A stretch of DNA of 64,000 nt, taken from positions 186,001 to 250,000 of the forward strand of contig JBDOQK010000036.1 of the NCBI GenBank assembly GCA_040437565.1, read 5' to 3'. Both the position numbers and the translations under genes were made by a program. The notes beneath the pieces are model-generated. The model saw nothing but the letters and a program-made list of their open reading frames with translations. It ran no database searches and was not told the DNA's origin. Below are positions 1 through 11,700 of this stretch, piece by piece. The stretch comes from Albugo candida. Its lineage: Eukaryota. Position 1 is the first letter of the stretch, and each line of letters starts with the position of its first letter.

Positions 1-2
1 GT

Positions 3-1697
3 GGAGAGGACCGTATATTTCGCGTTTGGGATAATTTTGGCCGTCAGCTTTTTCAAAGTCCTGTCGCCGAATATGTGATAACATCTCTCGCGTGGTGTCC
101 AAATGGAGAAACATTTGCTGTGGGCTCGTACGATATGCTTCGACTATGTGATAAAACGGGATGGTCCTATTCACGTGAAAGACCTCGCTCTGGATCGCTT
201 ATGGATATCGCGTGGGCTTCCGACAGCACGCAGTTGATAGCTGCAGGTGGAAATGGAGCTACCGTGTTTGCACAGATTACGGACCGTATTCTGACGTGGA
301 ACAAACTTGAGGTCAAATTGATCGATCCGCGTAAAATCCACGTGCATGATGTCATGAACGAGACCTTGGAAGAGATTGATTTCGCTCGAGATCGTGTCAT
401 TGAGATGTCTGTGGGGTATGGCTTCATGGTCGTCTGCACCGCGACCCAATGCTTCATCTATAGCTCATCGAATTGGAACACTCCCCACATATTTGATCTC
501 CGGGCGACTGTCAATTTGATTGTACAAAGTCAGCAACATTACCTCACAGTTGACAATTTCAATGGCATACAAGTGTACTCATACGAAGGAAAGCAAATTT
601 GCTCTCCAAAGTTTCCAGGAATGCATCCAGAATTCCTCAACAAACTGACAATCTCTTTGGCCACGGAAACATTGGCTATCCTGGATCATTCCGATCGTAA
701 AACGATTCGGACGTTTGATATCACAACAGGCAAACCTCTTCCGATCGTATTGTCTCATGCTCTGGAGATCTCCGAGCTGTCTCTATCGAGTTTTGGTCTT
801 ATGGAAGATCGAAGACTTTGCTTTATCGATCGTAATCGAGATTTGTATATCTCACGCATCATGCAGAAAGGTTCTGTCAAGCTCCATGGTCAAGTAGATA
901 CCGCAGCCTGGAATGACTCATCCGAGATATTAGTTGCCATCGCTGATAGTAAATTGGTGACTTGGCTGTATGCCAATATGGTTTTTGTGGATCGAACTCT
1001 TCTCACAGAAGTGATGGAACTGCAAGATGGGAGTAATTTCTCAAAGCTTCCCGCAATCACAAGCTTTACCGGATCCAATATCACCGTTAGGCGAGCGGAT
1101 GGAACGTCCATAGCAGCTACTATTGCTCCGTATCCCATCATGCTGTACGAATTCACAACGAGCCGCGACTGGGATAAAGCAGTTCGTTTCTGCCGATACG
1201 TTAAAAGCAAAAGTCTGTGGACTTGTCTTGCTGGAATCGCCTTGAATCAGCGTCATTTGGATACGGCTGAAATCGCTCTCGCTGCAATCGAATGCATCGA
1301 CAAACTCTATTTTATCTTGCACGTGAAGAATATGGTCTCCGATGAGCGCAGAAACGCAGAATTGGCTTTGTATTCCGGTGACATCGAAGATGCAGAAGCA
1401 ATCCTACTGCAAGCTCATCCGAAACCGTTAATATATCGTGCCATCAAACTGAATCTTCGGCTTTTTCGCTGGAATCGTGCTTTAGAGCTTGCTGTTCGGT
1501 ATACAACAGATGCAGGCACACATGTCGATACGGTCTTGGCGTATCGTGGACGCTTTCTAGCGGCCAACGGACTACAAGAGACCGATAAAAACTTTTTGCA
1601 ATACGCGGATCAAGTGCAATTGGACTGGGAGACCATCGCAAAAAAGAAGGCTTTGGAGCGAGAACGAGAGCAGCAGAGTGCATCAAAGTCTCACTAG
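3..1697 (+). CDS. IFT80: Intraflagellar transport protein 80 (WD40 + TPR-like), 5'-truncated by the window edge
   Basis: Frame is open from nt 3 (GEDRIFRVWDNFGRQLF..ITSLAWCPNGETFAVGSY..LRLCDKTGWS). Other IFT80-typical strings are NWNTPHIFD, YSYEGK and C-terminal W.RALELA...THVDTVLAYR. Confidence 0.95.
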   Translation, partial: GEDRIFRVWDNFGRQLFQSPVAEYVITSLAWCPNGETFAVGSYDMLRLCDKTGWSYSRERPRSGSLMDIAWASDSTQLIAAGGNGATVFAQITDRILTWNKLEVKLIDPRKIHVHDVMNETLEEIDFARDRVIEMSVGYGFMVVCTATQCFIYSSSNWNTPHIFDLRATVNLIVQSQQHYLTVDNFNGIQVYSYEGKQICSPKFPGMHPEFLNKLTISLATETLAILDHSDRKTIRTFDITTGKPLPIVLSHALEISELSLSSFGLMEDRRLCFIDRNRDLYISRIMQKGSVKLHGQVDTAAWNDSSEILVAIADSKLVTWLYANMVFVDRTLLTEVMELQDGSNFSKLPAITSFTGSNITVRRADGTSIAATIAPYPIMLYEFTTSRDWDKAVRFCRYVKSKSLWTCLAGIALNQRHLDTAEIALAAIECIDKLYFILHVKNMVSDERRNAELALYSGDIEDAEAILLQAHPKPLIYRAIKLNLRLFRWNRALELAVRYTTDAGTHVDTVLAYRGRFLAANGLQETDKNFLQYADQVQLDWETIAKKKALEREREQQSASKSH

Positions 1698-1755
1698 TAA
1701 GAAAATAGAGAGATTCTATTGCGTACAGCTCATTTACTTTGTTCAATCACCATAT

Positions 1756-3066
1756 TTACATCCGTCTGAGCGTCTCAGAGCCCACAAAACTCGATGCTGT
1801 CCCCGAGATCACTTCCAGCGGATATATTGGCTGACCAGCAGCGACGTATGAGAAATAAATTGTTGGCTCGGGACCTCGTAATGGCAGGTTTTGAACTTCA
1901 TCAGCCTGCACCCAAGTCGCTCCAACACTCTCATAATCTGGAATCGACTTTGGCAATTGATCCGAATCTACAGGCTCTGCATAGAACACAAACCGCATAC
2001 GAACGTATTGGCCTCCACCACGGTCTCGCTTGGGGTTATACTCCATTTTCAGTAGTCCAGTAATCCGAATATCTATGCCCGCCTCTTCTTTTGTTTCGCG
2101 AATGGCGGCTTCCATGGGCTTTTCACCACCGTCAATACGTCCACCAGGTAGCCAGTATCCCGAATTTGCAAACTCTTGAACCAGCAAAAATCGATTATAT
2201 TTTCGATTGTGACAAACTACCAGCGCGAACGAGTACAGCACACTATCCCGTGCATCAAACTCGCTGACGGATTCGCCACGTCCAGGAGGACCATGAGCAT
2301 TATGCAGGTGAACCTGGAATGGGCCCCGAGGGGATTGACCACAGATCGGACACAGCATCTTCTCTTGATTAGGCTCATTGATATGATATAAAGGGCAATG
2401 CCGCCAAAGCTGATCTTCATTGAATCCTGCTTTGTCACAGAATGGACAGCGATAGAGATTTTGTCGACGTCTATTCGATCGCCCATGATGATCCCTGCTC
2501 ACACAATCTTGTTTATAATCATTGTTGTGCTCGTCTGGATAAATCTGATTGCGATTATTTGTATCGTGCTTATTCGTGGCATCCTTTGGTCCTTGTCCAC
2601 CGGCTGCAACAAATCGCATCACTTTGTGAATATCCTCCAAAGAATTTGTGACCATCGATACTCCATACTGAAAGCACATATATCTTCCCATTGCATCTTC
2701 GACCAGCTGTGCGCTCATAGCACAAACAAAGATTTGGCGACTTATCGTACGAATTAGCTTAAGTATTGAAATTATGGAATATGTTTGCAATCCACTCGCT
2801 CGGAAGAGAACAGCGTCAAAAGGCACATGTTCTAACCTCAATTGAGGAGGTACAGATGGTTCAAAAGGGTTTATGTAGGAAACGCTGCCGGGTGAATTGG
2901 ATTGAGACTGAGGAGCGATTAGTCTTTTAAGTATCTCAGTCTCGTCCAGCACAGCCACTTGAGCCGTAAATCCATTCGCACTGAAAGTTTGTACGCACGC
3001 ATTGTCTAACGAATCCAATGGGACATCGTGACTTGATACATTTCGGATAAATAAACCCCGCTTCAT
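1756..3066 (-). CDS. Nudix hydrolase (NUDT18-like) with Di19/KCMF1-type Zn-finger pair and degenerate receiver-like N-terminus
   Basis: Intact Nudix box GGRIDGGEKPMEAAIRETKEEAG preceded by LLVQE..GYWLP. Zn fingers CPFC..H....H and CPIC..H....H. Start taken at MKRGLF (3066); upstream ATGs exist to 3093. Confidence 0.85.
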   Translation of the reverse strand: MKRGLFIRNVSSHDVPLDSLDNACVQTFSANGFTAQVAVLDETEILKRLIAPQSQSNSPGSVSYINPFEPSVPPQLRLEHVPFDAVLFRASGLQTYSIISILKLIRTISRQIFVCAMSAQLVEDAMGRYMCFQYGVSMVTNSLEDIHKVMRFVAAGGQGPKDATNKHDTNNRNQIYPDEHNNDYKQDCVSRDHHGRSNRRRQNLYRCPFCDKAGFNEDQLWRHCPLYHINEPNQEKMLCPICGQSPRGPFQVHLHNAHGPPGRGESVSEFDARDSVLYSFALVVCHNRKYNRFLLVQEFANSGYWLPGGRIDGGEKPMEAAIRETKEEAGIDIRITGLLKMEYNPKRDRGGGQYVRMRFVFYAEPVDSDQLPKSIPDYESVGATWVQADEVQNLPLRGPEPTIYFSYVAAGQPIYPLEVISGTASSFVGSETLRRM

Positions 3067-4128
3067 GAGTGTGTGCATGCAGAAAGTATGCAACTACGGG
3101 GGGTAGACATTATCATGATCATTACGTGAGCAAAAGAATGCAAGTTTGTTAGAAAATAAGACTGTACGCAACACGAGACGAAAGACGGATAAACAGTTGC
3201 AAGTGGCCTAGATATAAAGAATGGAGGGAGAGAAAGATGATAATAATTGCGCAACCTTTTCAGGCTCAAGTGTTTACCCTCTTTTTGCGCCAGACTGCAG
3301 AATGCTGATAAGGTCTACTGGTGTGGTACACCAAATCGGGCCTGTATGGATGACACCATTGAAATTTACGTCAATTACATCGCTGCAGATTAGCTGAGAG
3401 ATTGGGAGTGTTTAGATGCGGCAAACTCTTTGTCGTCATGAATTACCTAGACGATTAGGACGTGCGGCTTTGTGTTCTATTTCCGTGAGCGTTGTAGTCT
3501 TTCATTTATGCGTACAAGTCGATCAAGTTCAGAATATTATAGAAGTTGTGAAGCAATAATGAGAGAAGTTCTCTTTAGAAAGGCTTGAGTCAAGAAGAGC
3601 AATGTAAATCAATTAGTGCACAAATGTTAGCTACAAGTCCGACAAGTATTCACAAATTCTCGTCTGGCTTGTACTCTTGGATGCATAATGCGCTTGTCAA
3701 ACTGACAAACTTGAAAAGAAGCGAGGCAAGACTTGTCCATACGCGTAATTAATTATTTCGTATGATACGAGTACATGGAACTCTGCAATATCCACGATAG
3801 ATTCAAGCCCTAACTTACATTTAGGATAGAGTATTGAGTTTAGCATAGTTAGCACTTAATGATTGATATACCCTCAAAATCATTTATTAACCATATGGAA
3901 AGCTTATAGCATGAATTAGCACATTGTGGTTGCTGTAAGCGCGTTTCTTGATCATAGCGTAGCTTTCCGTTCCGCCCATACACAGACAACCCATGCACTT
4001 TAGGTCGATGTTACCCGTACGTTGCACCAATTGATGGCTCTACAAACAAGCTACACCAAATAAATACCGGTTTCTCGTGATTGATCGGCAAGAAGACTCC
4101 CAATTCGATCAAGTGAAAATCATTCAAA

Positions 4129-5090
4129 ATGGTACGCTCATGTGACAATTGCCTTAATGAACATAGACAAATCGCTTTTCTACTAGGTGATGAGCAAAAG
4201 TAGCAAGATGTTGAATTATATCAACTACCGGATGAAGGTTACTTTGCAGGATTCCCGGGCTTTGGTCGGCTATTTTATGGCATTCGATAAGCACATGAAT
4301 ATTGTATTGGGTGATTGTGAAGAATTTCGAACATTAAAGTCAAAAATTAAAACCAATGTATCGGAAGAGCGAGTAGAGAAGCGATATTTAGGATTAGTAT
4401 TACTGCGCGGTGAGAGTGTTGTCTCCCTGACAGTAGACGGCCCTCCTCTTGCCCCAGAGAAAGAGACTATTGGACCTAATGGGCCGGGTATTGCTCGTGC
4501 AGCAGGTCGTGGATTGCCAGCTGCTCCATTGGGTGCGCCACCGCTAGGATTAGTAGCTCCCATGCGTGGTATTGGAGGCCCTGCCCCTGGAGTCTTACAA
4601 TCGGGTCACGGTAAGATCAAGCCCAAATCACATGATGCTGGTAGACAGGATCTGGCCAAGTGATTACACGAACAGATAAGCAATGAGTGCCCGGGAGATG
4701 AGACTTTCAGTCTCATATCTTCCGAACTCAAATGAGCTCGTACTTGGGTACAAGTCAATCACCGTCTTACTACGACCGATCTTAGTATGATGGCAATCAC
4801 GATCTTGATCTTGAAGCAAAACCAGCAAATTGTTGATCTAATGTGCTTTTTGTATTGTAGTGGCTGCTTACGCTCAACCGCAATCTTACGGTCGGGGACG
4901 TGGGATTCCAGGAGCTCCAATGCCAGGGATGCCACCACGTCCAATGCCAGGCATGCCAACAATTGGTGCTCCTGGATATCCTCATGGAATGGCACCTCCG
5001 CCTGGCGGTCTACCTCCGGGAATGGGAGGCCAAGTACCTCCTCAAGCAATGCGTGGAGCCCCAATGATGCGACCTCCACCCGGTCAATAA
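4129..5090 (+). CDS. SNRPB: snRNP protein SmB; exons 4129-4131, 4187-4610, 4861-5090
   Basis: Sm domain [48 protein letters not shown] and a Pro/Gly/Met-rich tail ending MRPPPGQ. GT-AG introns 4132-4186 and 4611-4860 keep the frame. Confidence 0.95.
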
Positions 5091-5362
5091 TTCGAGAGGC
5101 AAATGTAGTCGATATATCAAGTTTTACTAAAACATATTGCAAACCGAATTTAGTAACACAATAAACATTTTCTTTGCTCACTACACTGCTGCCCTCAACA
5201 TTCAAAATGACTGGCCAGCAGGGCCATTTAGCTGCATATACTCTGTTGTCGGGAGCGAGAATNNNNNNNNNNNNNNNNNNNNNNNNNNNNNNNNNNNNNN
5301 NNNNNNNNNNNNNNNNNNNNNNNNNNNNNNNNNNNNNNNNNNNNNNNNNNNNNNNNNNNNNN

Positions 5363-5813
5363 TGAAGCAAAACCAGCAAATTGTTGATCTAATGTGCTTT
5401 TTGTATTGTAGTGGCTGCTTACGCTCAACCGCAATCTTACGGTCGGGGACGTGGGATTCCAGGAGCTCCAATGCCAGGGATGCCACCACGTCCAATGCCA
5501 GGCATGCCAACAATTGGTGCTCCTGGATATCCTCATGGAATGGCACCTCCGCCTGGCGGTCTACCTCCGGGAATGGGAGGCCAAGTACCTCCTCAAGCAA
5601 TGCGTGGAGCCCCAATGATGCGACCTCCACCCGGTCAATAATTCGAGAGGCAAATGTAGTCGATATATCAAGTTTTACTAAAACATATTGCAAACCGAAT
5701 TTAGTAACACAATAAACATTTTCTTTGCTCACTACACTGCTGCCCTCAACATTCAAAATGACTGGCCAGCAGGGCCATTTAGCTGCATATACTCTGTTGT
5801 CGGGAGCGAGAAT
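5363..5813. repeat. Gap-flanking duplicate of 4812-5262 (SmB last exon and methyltransferase start); assembly overlap
   Basis: Apparently identical sequence either side of the 100-N gap at 5263-5362. Confidence 0.9.
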
Positions 5814-6667
5814 TCAGGTTGTACAAGATACTCGTCGAGTGGATGGGCTTGGAGGAGAGGTCTGGCCTGGAGCGTATGTTCTATGTAGCTTTCTGGAAAG
5901 GCATAAAACAAAGTATTGCGTTTCTCGTAACGTCATTGAACTCGGTGCAGGTTGTGGACTGTGTAGTCTGTTGGCATCGGAATTAGGAGCAGAAAGAGTT
6001 CTGGCAACGGATGAGTACACAGATTTACTTTTGACGAATGTAAATATAGCAGATGCATCGGCTTTTAAAAGCGTTTCTGTCGCGACTCTTGTGTGGGGTC
6101 AATTTGAGGCCATGGAATGCTACAAAAATCAGTTTGATGTAGTACTGGGAAGTGAGTGTACGCAGCTGGGAAGACAGGCACATGCTTTACTGGTTGACAC
6201 TATAAAATTCCTGCTACGACCGTGCTCCACATCGACTGCATTACTATCAATGGATCTATGCCGGCAAACATGCCGTGGAGAATGTGATATATACAAATGC
6301 ACGGCCTCGCATTTTGTCAGTGTTGCTAAAGGCTTTGGATTTTCCGTTTTATTACATGATCCCGTACAATTGGTATCGCACCCACAGATGCAAAACGCGG
6401 TCGGGGCTTTAGGAAATTGCTTTCCCATGGACGAAGACGACTGGAGTGTTGTTATAGAACTACAGAGTCAGTGTATGATTTGCAGTGACGTCNNNNNNNN
6501 NNNNNNNNNNNNNNNNNNNNNNNNNNNNNNNNNNNNNNNNNNNNNNNNNNNNNNNNNNNNNNNNNNNNNNNNNNNNNNNNNNNNNNNNNNNNATGGACGA
6601 AGACGACTGGAGTGTTGTTATAGAACTACAGAGTCAGTGTATGATTTGCAGTGACGTCGTTAGCTGA
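5758..6667 (+). CDS. METTL21/Methyltransf_16-family SAM-dependent protein methyltransferase (~247 aa after removing gap duplication)
   Basis: GGEVWPGAYVLCSFL, motif I VIELGAGCGL, VLATD, L.WG and FDVVLGSE. The 3' end is repeated across gap 6493-6592. Confidence 0.85.
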
Positions 6668-8715
6668 TTTTGGAATACCAAATGAAGAAAATGGATAACT
6701 GAGTATAGCACAATTCTTCACTGTATCACGTGCCAATTGATCTACAAGACAGTATGAAATACTCATGGGTGGCATCGTGTAAGGTTGCTCTGTTAATCTC
6801 AGGTTTTGGAACATAACCCGAATGCCTCGATTGAGTGTCCGACCTGGATAGCGCGCCATCAGGTTGTTTGTCGGTAGTATCAATCTCCTCAATTGGCTTA
6901 TAGAGAGTGGGTACTCCTTGTCCGTGTAGCGTAAAAGGCACAAAAATGCAACATAATTTCTGTTGTTCAACCAGGACTGAAGCAAGATTGCNNNNNNNNN
7001 NNNNNNNNNNNNNNNNNNNNNNNNNNNNNNNNNNNNNNNNNNNNNNNNNNNNNNNNNNNNNNNNNNNNNNNNNNNNNNNNNNNNNNNNNNNTATCAATCT
7101 CCTCAATTGGCTTATAGAGAGTGGGTACTCCTTGTCCGTGTAGCGTAAAAGGCACAAAAATGCAACATAATTTCTGTTGTTCAACCAGGACTGAAGCAAG
7201 ATTGCAAAATGCAGAGATCTGATTATAGATGGTATTGGACTCCTGAGCGAGTAGCCCTGCATAATAGATGCGTTATCAGTCTAGGATACGGCACATTACG
7301 TGGGTAATTCTCCCCAAAAGATAAGTTCATTAGCGCCTTCATCGATACCATCGAATGATTCATTGAAGTATACTTCAGCATGTCGTATTAGCAAAAAAAT
7401 GCTATGGTAAACACACAATATGATGACTGTAGTCTCTGCTGCTTCGACTCTTTTATCTTGGGGAACGCTTCTCTGTTGATGCTTTTTGGATGGAAAATCG
7501 GCCTGACGAAGAATGTTTCAGCGGGACCATTCGAAACGACATATGCGGTCATGAAATAATTGTTAGACCATGAAAAGCGCGAGTGAATACAAAACTGCTA
7601 AAAGCAGCGGACTTTGCATGAAACGATCATGTTGAGTGGTAGCTGAGAGGTGATGTATACTCACTTGAATTCCGATCGCTGGGTGGTGATTAACTTAGCA
7701 ATAACACGATCCAGTCCTCAGACGTAGACTAATATGCGATAGTATAAGAAGAGTATCATGTGGTATAGTCACGTGCGTGTCTTTACGCTACTCCCCACTT
7801 CGGCTCTCGATCATTCCATGCAATAGCCTCCAAGTCAAACGAGTGAATGAGCGCACAGGTATAAACTTACTTTTTCACGTTTCATTGATCTCTAAAATCT
7901 GACACAAAGACGGTAAAATTTGAGAGCGCATTACAGGACAAGATTACGGAGTAGAAATCACAAAATGCGATTCCTACGGAGTCGTTCATGAGATAACCTA
8001 CAGATACGAGATGCCAGTCAGTTTCCAAGACAAGAAAAAAAGCCTTACCAAATGTAATAAAGCATATACGTGCTGTATACTAACAGGCAGGAAGACGACA
8101 AACTTCTTGGAAGTGCTCTGCTCTAATCAGACCTCTATACCTTCATAATCATAAAGTATAGTATAGTGAATCATACCGAGCCAATAGAAGCTATAAGTCG
8201 ACCATCATTTGTAATTGGTACCATAAACGACATAATCGATCGAAACGNNNNNNNNNNNNNNNNNNNNNNNNNNNNNNNNNNNNNNNNNNNNNNNNNNNNN
8301 NNNNNNNNNNNNNNNNNNNNNNNNNNNNNNNNNNNNNNNNNNNNNNNACCATAAACGACATAATCGATCGAAACGAATTAAAAAGATAATAATTCTATCG
8401 CTCGATTCAATTGTTGTGGATATTAAACAATATCATTGTGGTCACAACGCTCAGTATATTTTCATTATCAGCCACATTTATCAAGTATCACCACGACGAC
8501 ACTGCAACCTGCTGCGTATCAATAATAAGATCATAATTGTAATCTCGATCACACGCACAAACTCTGTCGAGAAAACGATTATAAAAGCTCATTGAAAAAG
8601 CATTTAATCTGCTTTTTTCGAGTCGTTGCTCGCTTTACTTATTCTGTGCATATATACGTTTTTGTGTGCGTTTTGTGGTATCCTCATCGCTATTACGACG
8701 TCCAAACAGCTTTCC

Positions 8716-11700
8716 ATGCCGAGTCCGCATTCCCCAATGCCTCTTACTGCTTCTGATACTTTGGAATCGCCAGCAAGAACGACAATGGTACTCAGTACGG
8801 AACAGGATCAGCATTCCAGCAGTCTGGTAAGAGTATCTCAACGATTATTGGCAGTACATTAACGCTGTTGATATCTGATCATTAGTCACCGCAGTCGACT
8901 GATGTGAAAAATGCTGTTGATCCTGCTTCTCTCGGTAGATCAACAGCGGTGCATTCAGCCGGATCTAGTACAGGAGAGTCGATGGATAACACGGGAGCTG
9001 GTGGTGGAGCAGACAAGTTTCAAAATTCTAATGCTGAGGCTATCAGTCGTACCATGACGGACGCAAGTATGCCAAAAGAGGAGAAAGAAAGGACAATGAG
9101 TGTCAATGCTGATGCAGCGGTGGAGAATGGGCTAGAATGGAGGGATAAGGTGGAAGATCGCAGTGCACGCCAACACATTGCACGGATTATGTGCGTATTC
9201 CGAATCGTATGCCTTGTCTTTGAATTCCCGACTGCTTTTTGTGACTTCGGTCTCTGTTTTTCCATCATTTTGTGATAGACTGACGCTGATCGTCAAGAGC
9301 GCAAATCGTCCAACTGCGATGAATTACAATCCTCGGGAAATCGCACGACGACTCGAGCATAATCTATACATGACAGCTCTGTCGAAGGAAGAGTATGGCA
9401 ACGTGCATACGCTCAAAGCTCGATTACAACAAGCGCTGGATCAATCTAGGCGACGGCAATTGCTATATCAGCAACAAAACCCAGGTTATAGCAGTACACA
9501 GCAGATCAATCAGCAACGAACACAGGTACAAGCGCGTTCTTTCAGCCTTGAAGGACAAGAAAGGCTGCACACTCCACAAAAATTGCCTGTATCTCAGTAT
9601 CCGCAACCAATTAGCCAAACTGCTCCAAGGTATCATCAGAATGTTCCATTCAGCAGCCCAGCGGTCTCACTGAGCGGTCCAAGGTCCGTCTCTATGGACT
9701 CATCGCCAATGATAAAATCGGAACGATCAGCTGTGTACGGTAACTCGATCTTGGATGAACTAGATCGAGAAGCCGATGAAATGGCGAACGGGACTAGCGA
9801 TGAACCGATTGCGATGCCGGAATCCGAGATGCAGGCAATCAACGGCTCAAAAAGCATCTTTATGAGTGGATTAAACGCTGGATCCCCATCTCTTACAGCA
9901 GTGCCAGAATTAGAAGCCGCTCACTCTATGAATTCGGTACCATTTACCACAGCTCCAATGAGCCTACCTACAGAGATCAGTGGACCATCCAATACCACTG
10001 GAAATCCGACTGCGTCCATATCAACGAATGCGACTACTATCGGGTCAACTATGTATCAGGGGATGAATCTCACCGATGCACAAATGCAGCAGATACAACA
10101 GCTTCAGCAATTCCAACAGCTTCGACGCATGCAACAATTACAGCAAATGCAGCGTCAGCAACACGTTACTGGTTCAGCGATGCCACAACAATCGAAAATA
10201 TCCAAACCACCTGCATCCACTGAAGGCGTATCAACGATCCCGATCACTTCAGGCTCGCTACTTGCGTCCAAACGAGTGGAAGAGAGTCCAAATGCTGCTA
10301 CTTACACTACAAATGCTTCCGTGCCACCCACTATTCCTTTAAATCAAGCAGCTATTGCTCAGAAACGAGAGGAACTCAAGAGAAGGCTGGTACAACTCAA
10401 ACATGCTCGCACGTGTACTAATGCGGAATGCGCAGTCGACTACTGTGGTCGAGTGAAGGTGCTTCTAGCACATGTGTCGCGATGCACAGAACCGGCATGC
10501 ATCACAATCGGCTGCAAATCCACACGACAATTGCTATCTCATTTTCGAAAATGTAGGAACATGCAATGTGAAGTCTGCAGCGCTATTCGACCCCCAATGA
10601 ATGAACAAGAACAACGGCTTGTACTTCGCCGTCAACAAGAACGGCTGTGCATGTTGCGTCATGTCAGCACATGTGCTGAGGCGACTTGTACCCTTCCCTA
10701 TTGTGCAAGCATGAAGAACCTGTGGAAGCACATCTGTCAATGCCACCAGCGCCAGTGTCGAACGGATCATTGTATTTCTTCCCGGTATGTTCTCTCGCAC
10801 TTTAAACAGTGCAACAAAGTTGTCTGTGAAGTCTGCGGACCCGTTCGACGTGCGATCAAAATTGTGGATCTGTGCAAACGCAACGCCGCACAATTACAAA
10901 CGGCCATTGCTCAAAGCCCAGAAACTATACGCAGTTTGATCCGAATTATGAATACAGTCTCATTCAACGCAAATGAAGGATTGAATGATCTCGATGAAGA
11001 CGCGGGCGCTAGAGCTGCAGGTGCGACCACAAGTCCGGATATCTCAATGAAGGCATCTTATGCTCAAATGGGAGTCGATACAAAGGAGGAAAAAATGACA
11101 CTGTCATCTGAGGCTGTCGAGAGTTCTGGTGAAATCACAGCCAAACGCAAACCATTACGTTTGCAGACAGAAAAGGAGAAAAAAAAGAGAAGAAAGGAGC
11201 AAGCAAAAATTGCCAAGGCTCGAACACTAGCAAGAGCTCAAGCCAATGTCCCCGGTACGAACGGCAATCGGGGTACGTCTTTTGAAGCGGGAGTATCGGA
11301 ATTAAGTACCAGACTTGCTCTCGCACGCACTGGAACAACAGCTTCAAGTGGCTTGGTCGTTCGAGGAATGCCTTCTGCACTGCGGACCGACCAACTTGTA
11401 ACACAACAAGATATTTCTTTTCTGGACTCTATGACAGCTGAGCAGCTGGATGAGCACATACGATCACTACGGTTCAATTTCTGTGGTTACATCTCGCTGA
11501 CCGAATTGAAAAATCGTCTCATGCCATTGCTCTCAAAGCTGATGGAAAGTGAGCATGGCTGGGCGTTCAACAGCCCTGTGGACCCCGTACAATGGAACAT
11601 CCCGGATTATTTTGATATCATAAAATGTCCAATGGATTTAGGAGCGATCAAGAAACGATTGGAAAACGAGCATTACAACAGTGTGGACGCATTTGCCGCA

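Noticed and set aside
4684-4800. Canonical H/ACA or C/D snoRNA call in the SmB intron
   Set aside because: An ANANNA-like box follows the first hairpin, but there is no terminal ACA, no clear pseudouridylation pocket and no CTGA D box; kept only as a structured-intron finding.
5411-5641. Duplicated or alternative terminal exon of SmB
   Set aside because: Apparently identical copy across an N-gap; assembly overlap.
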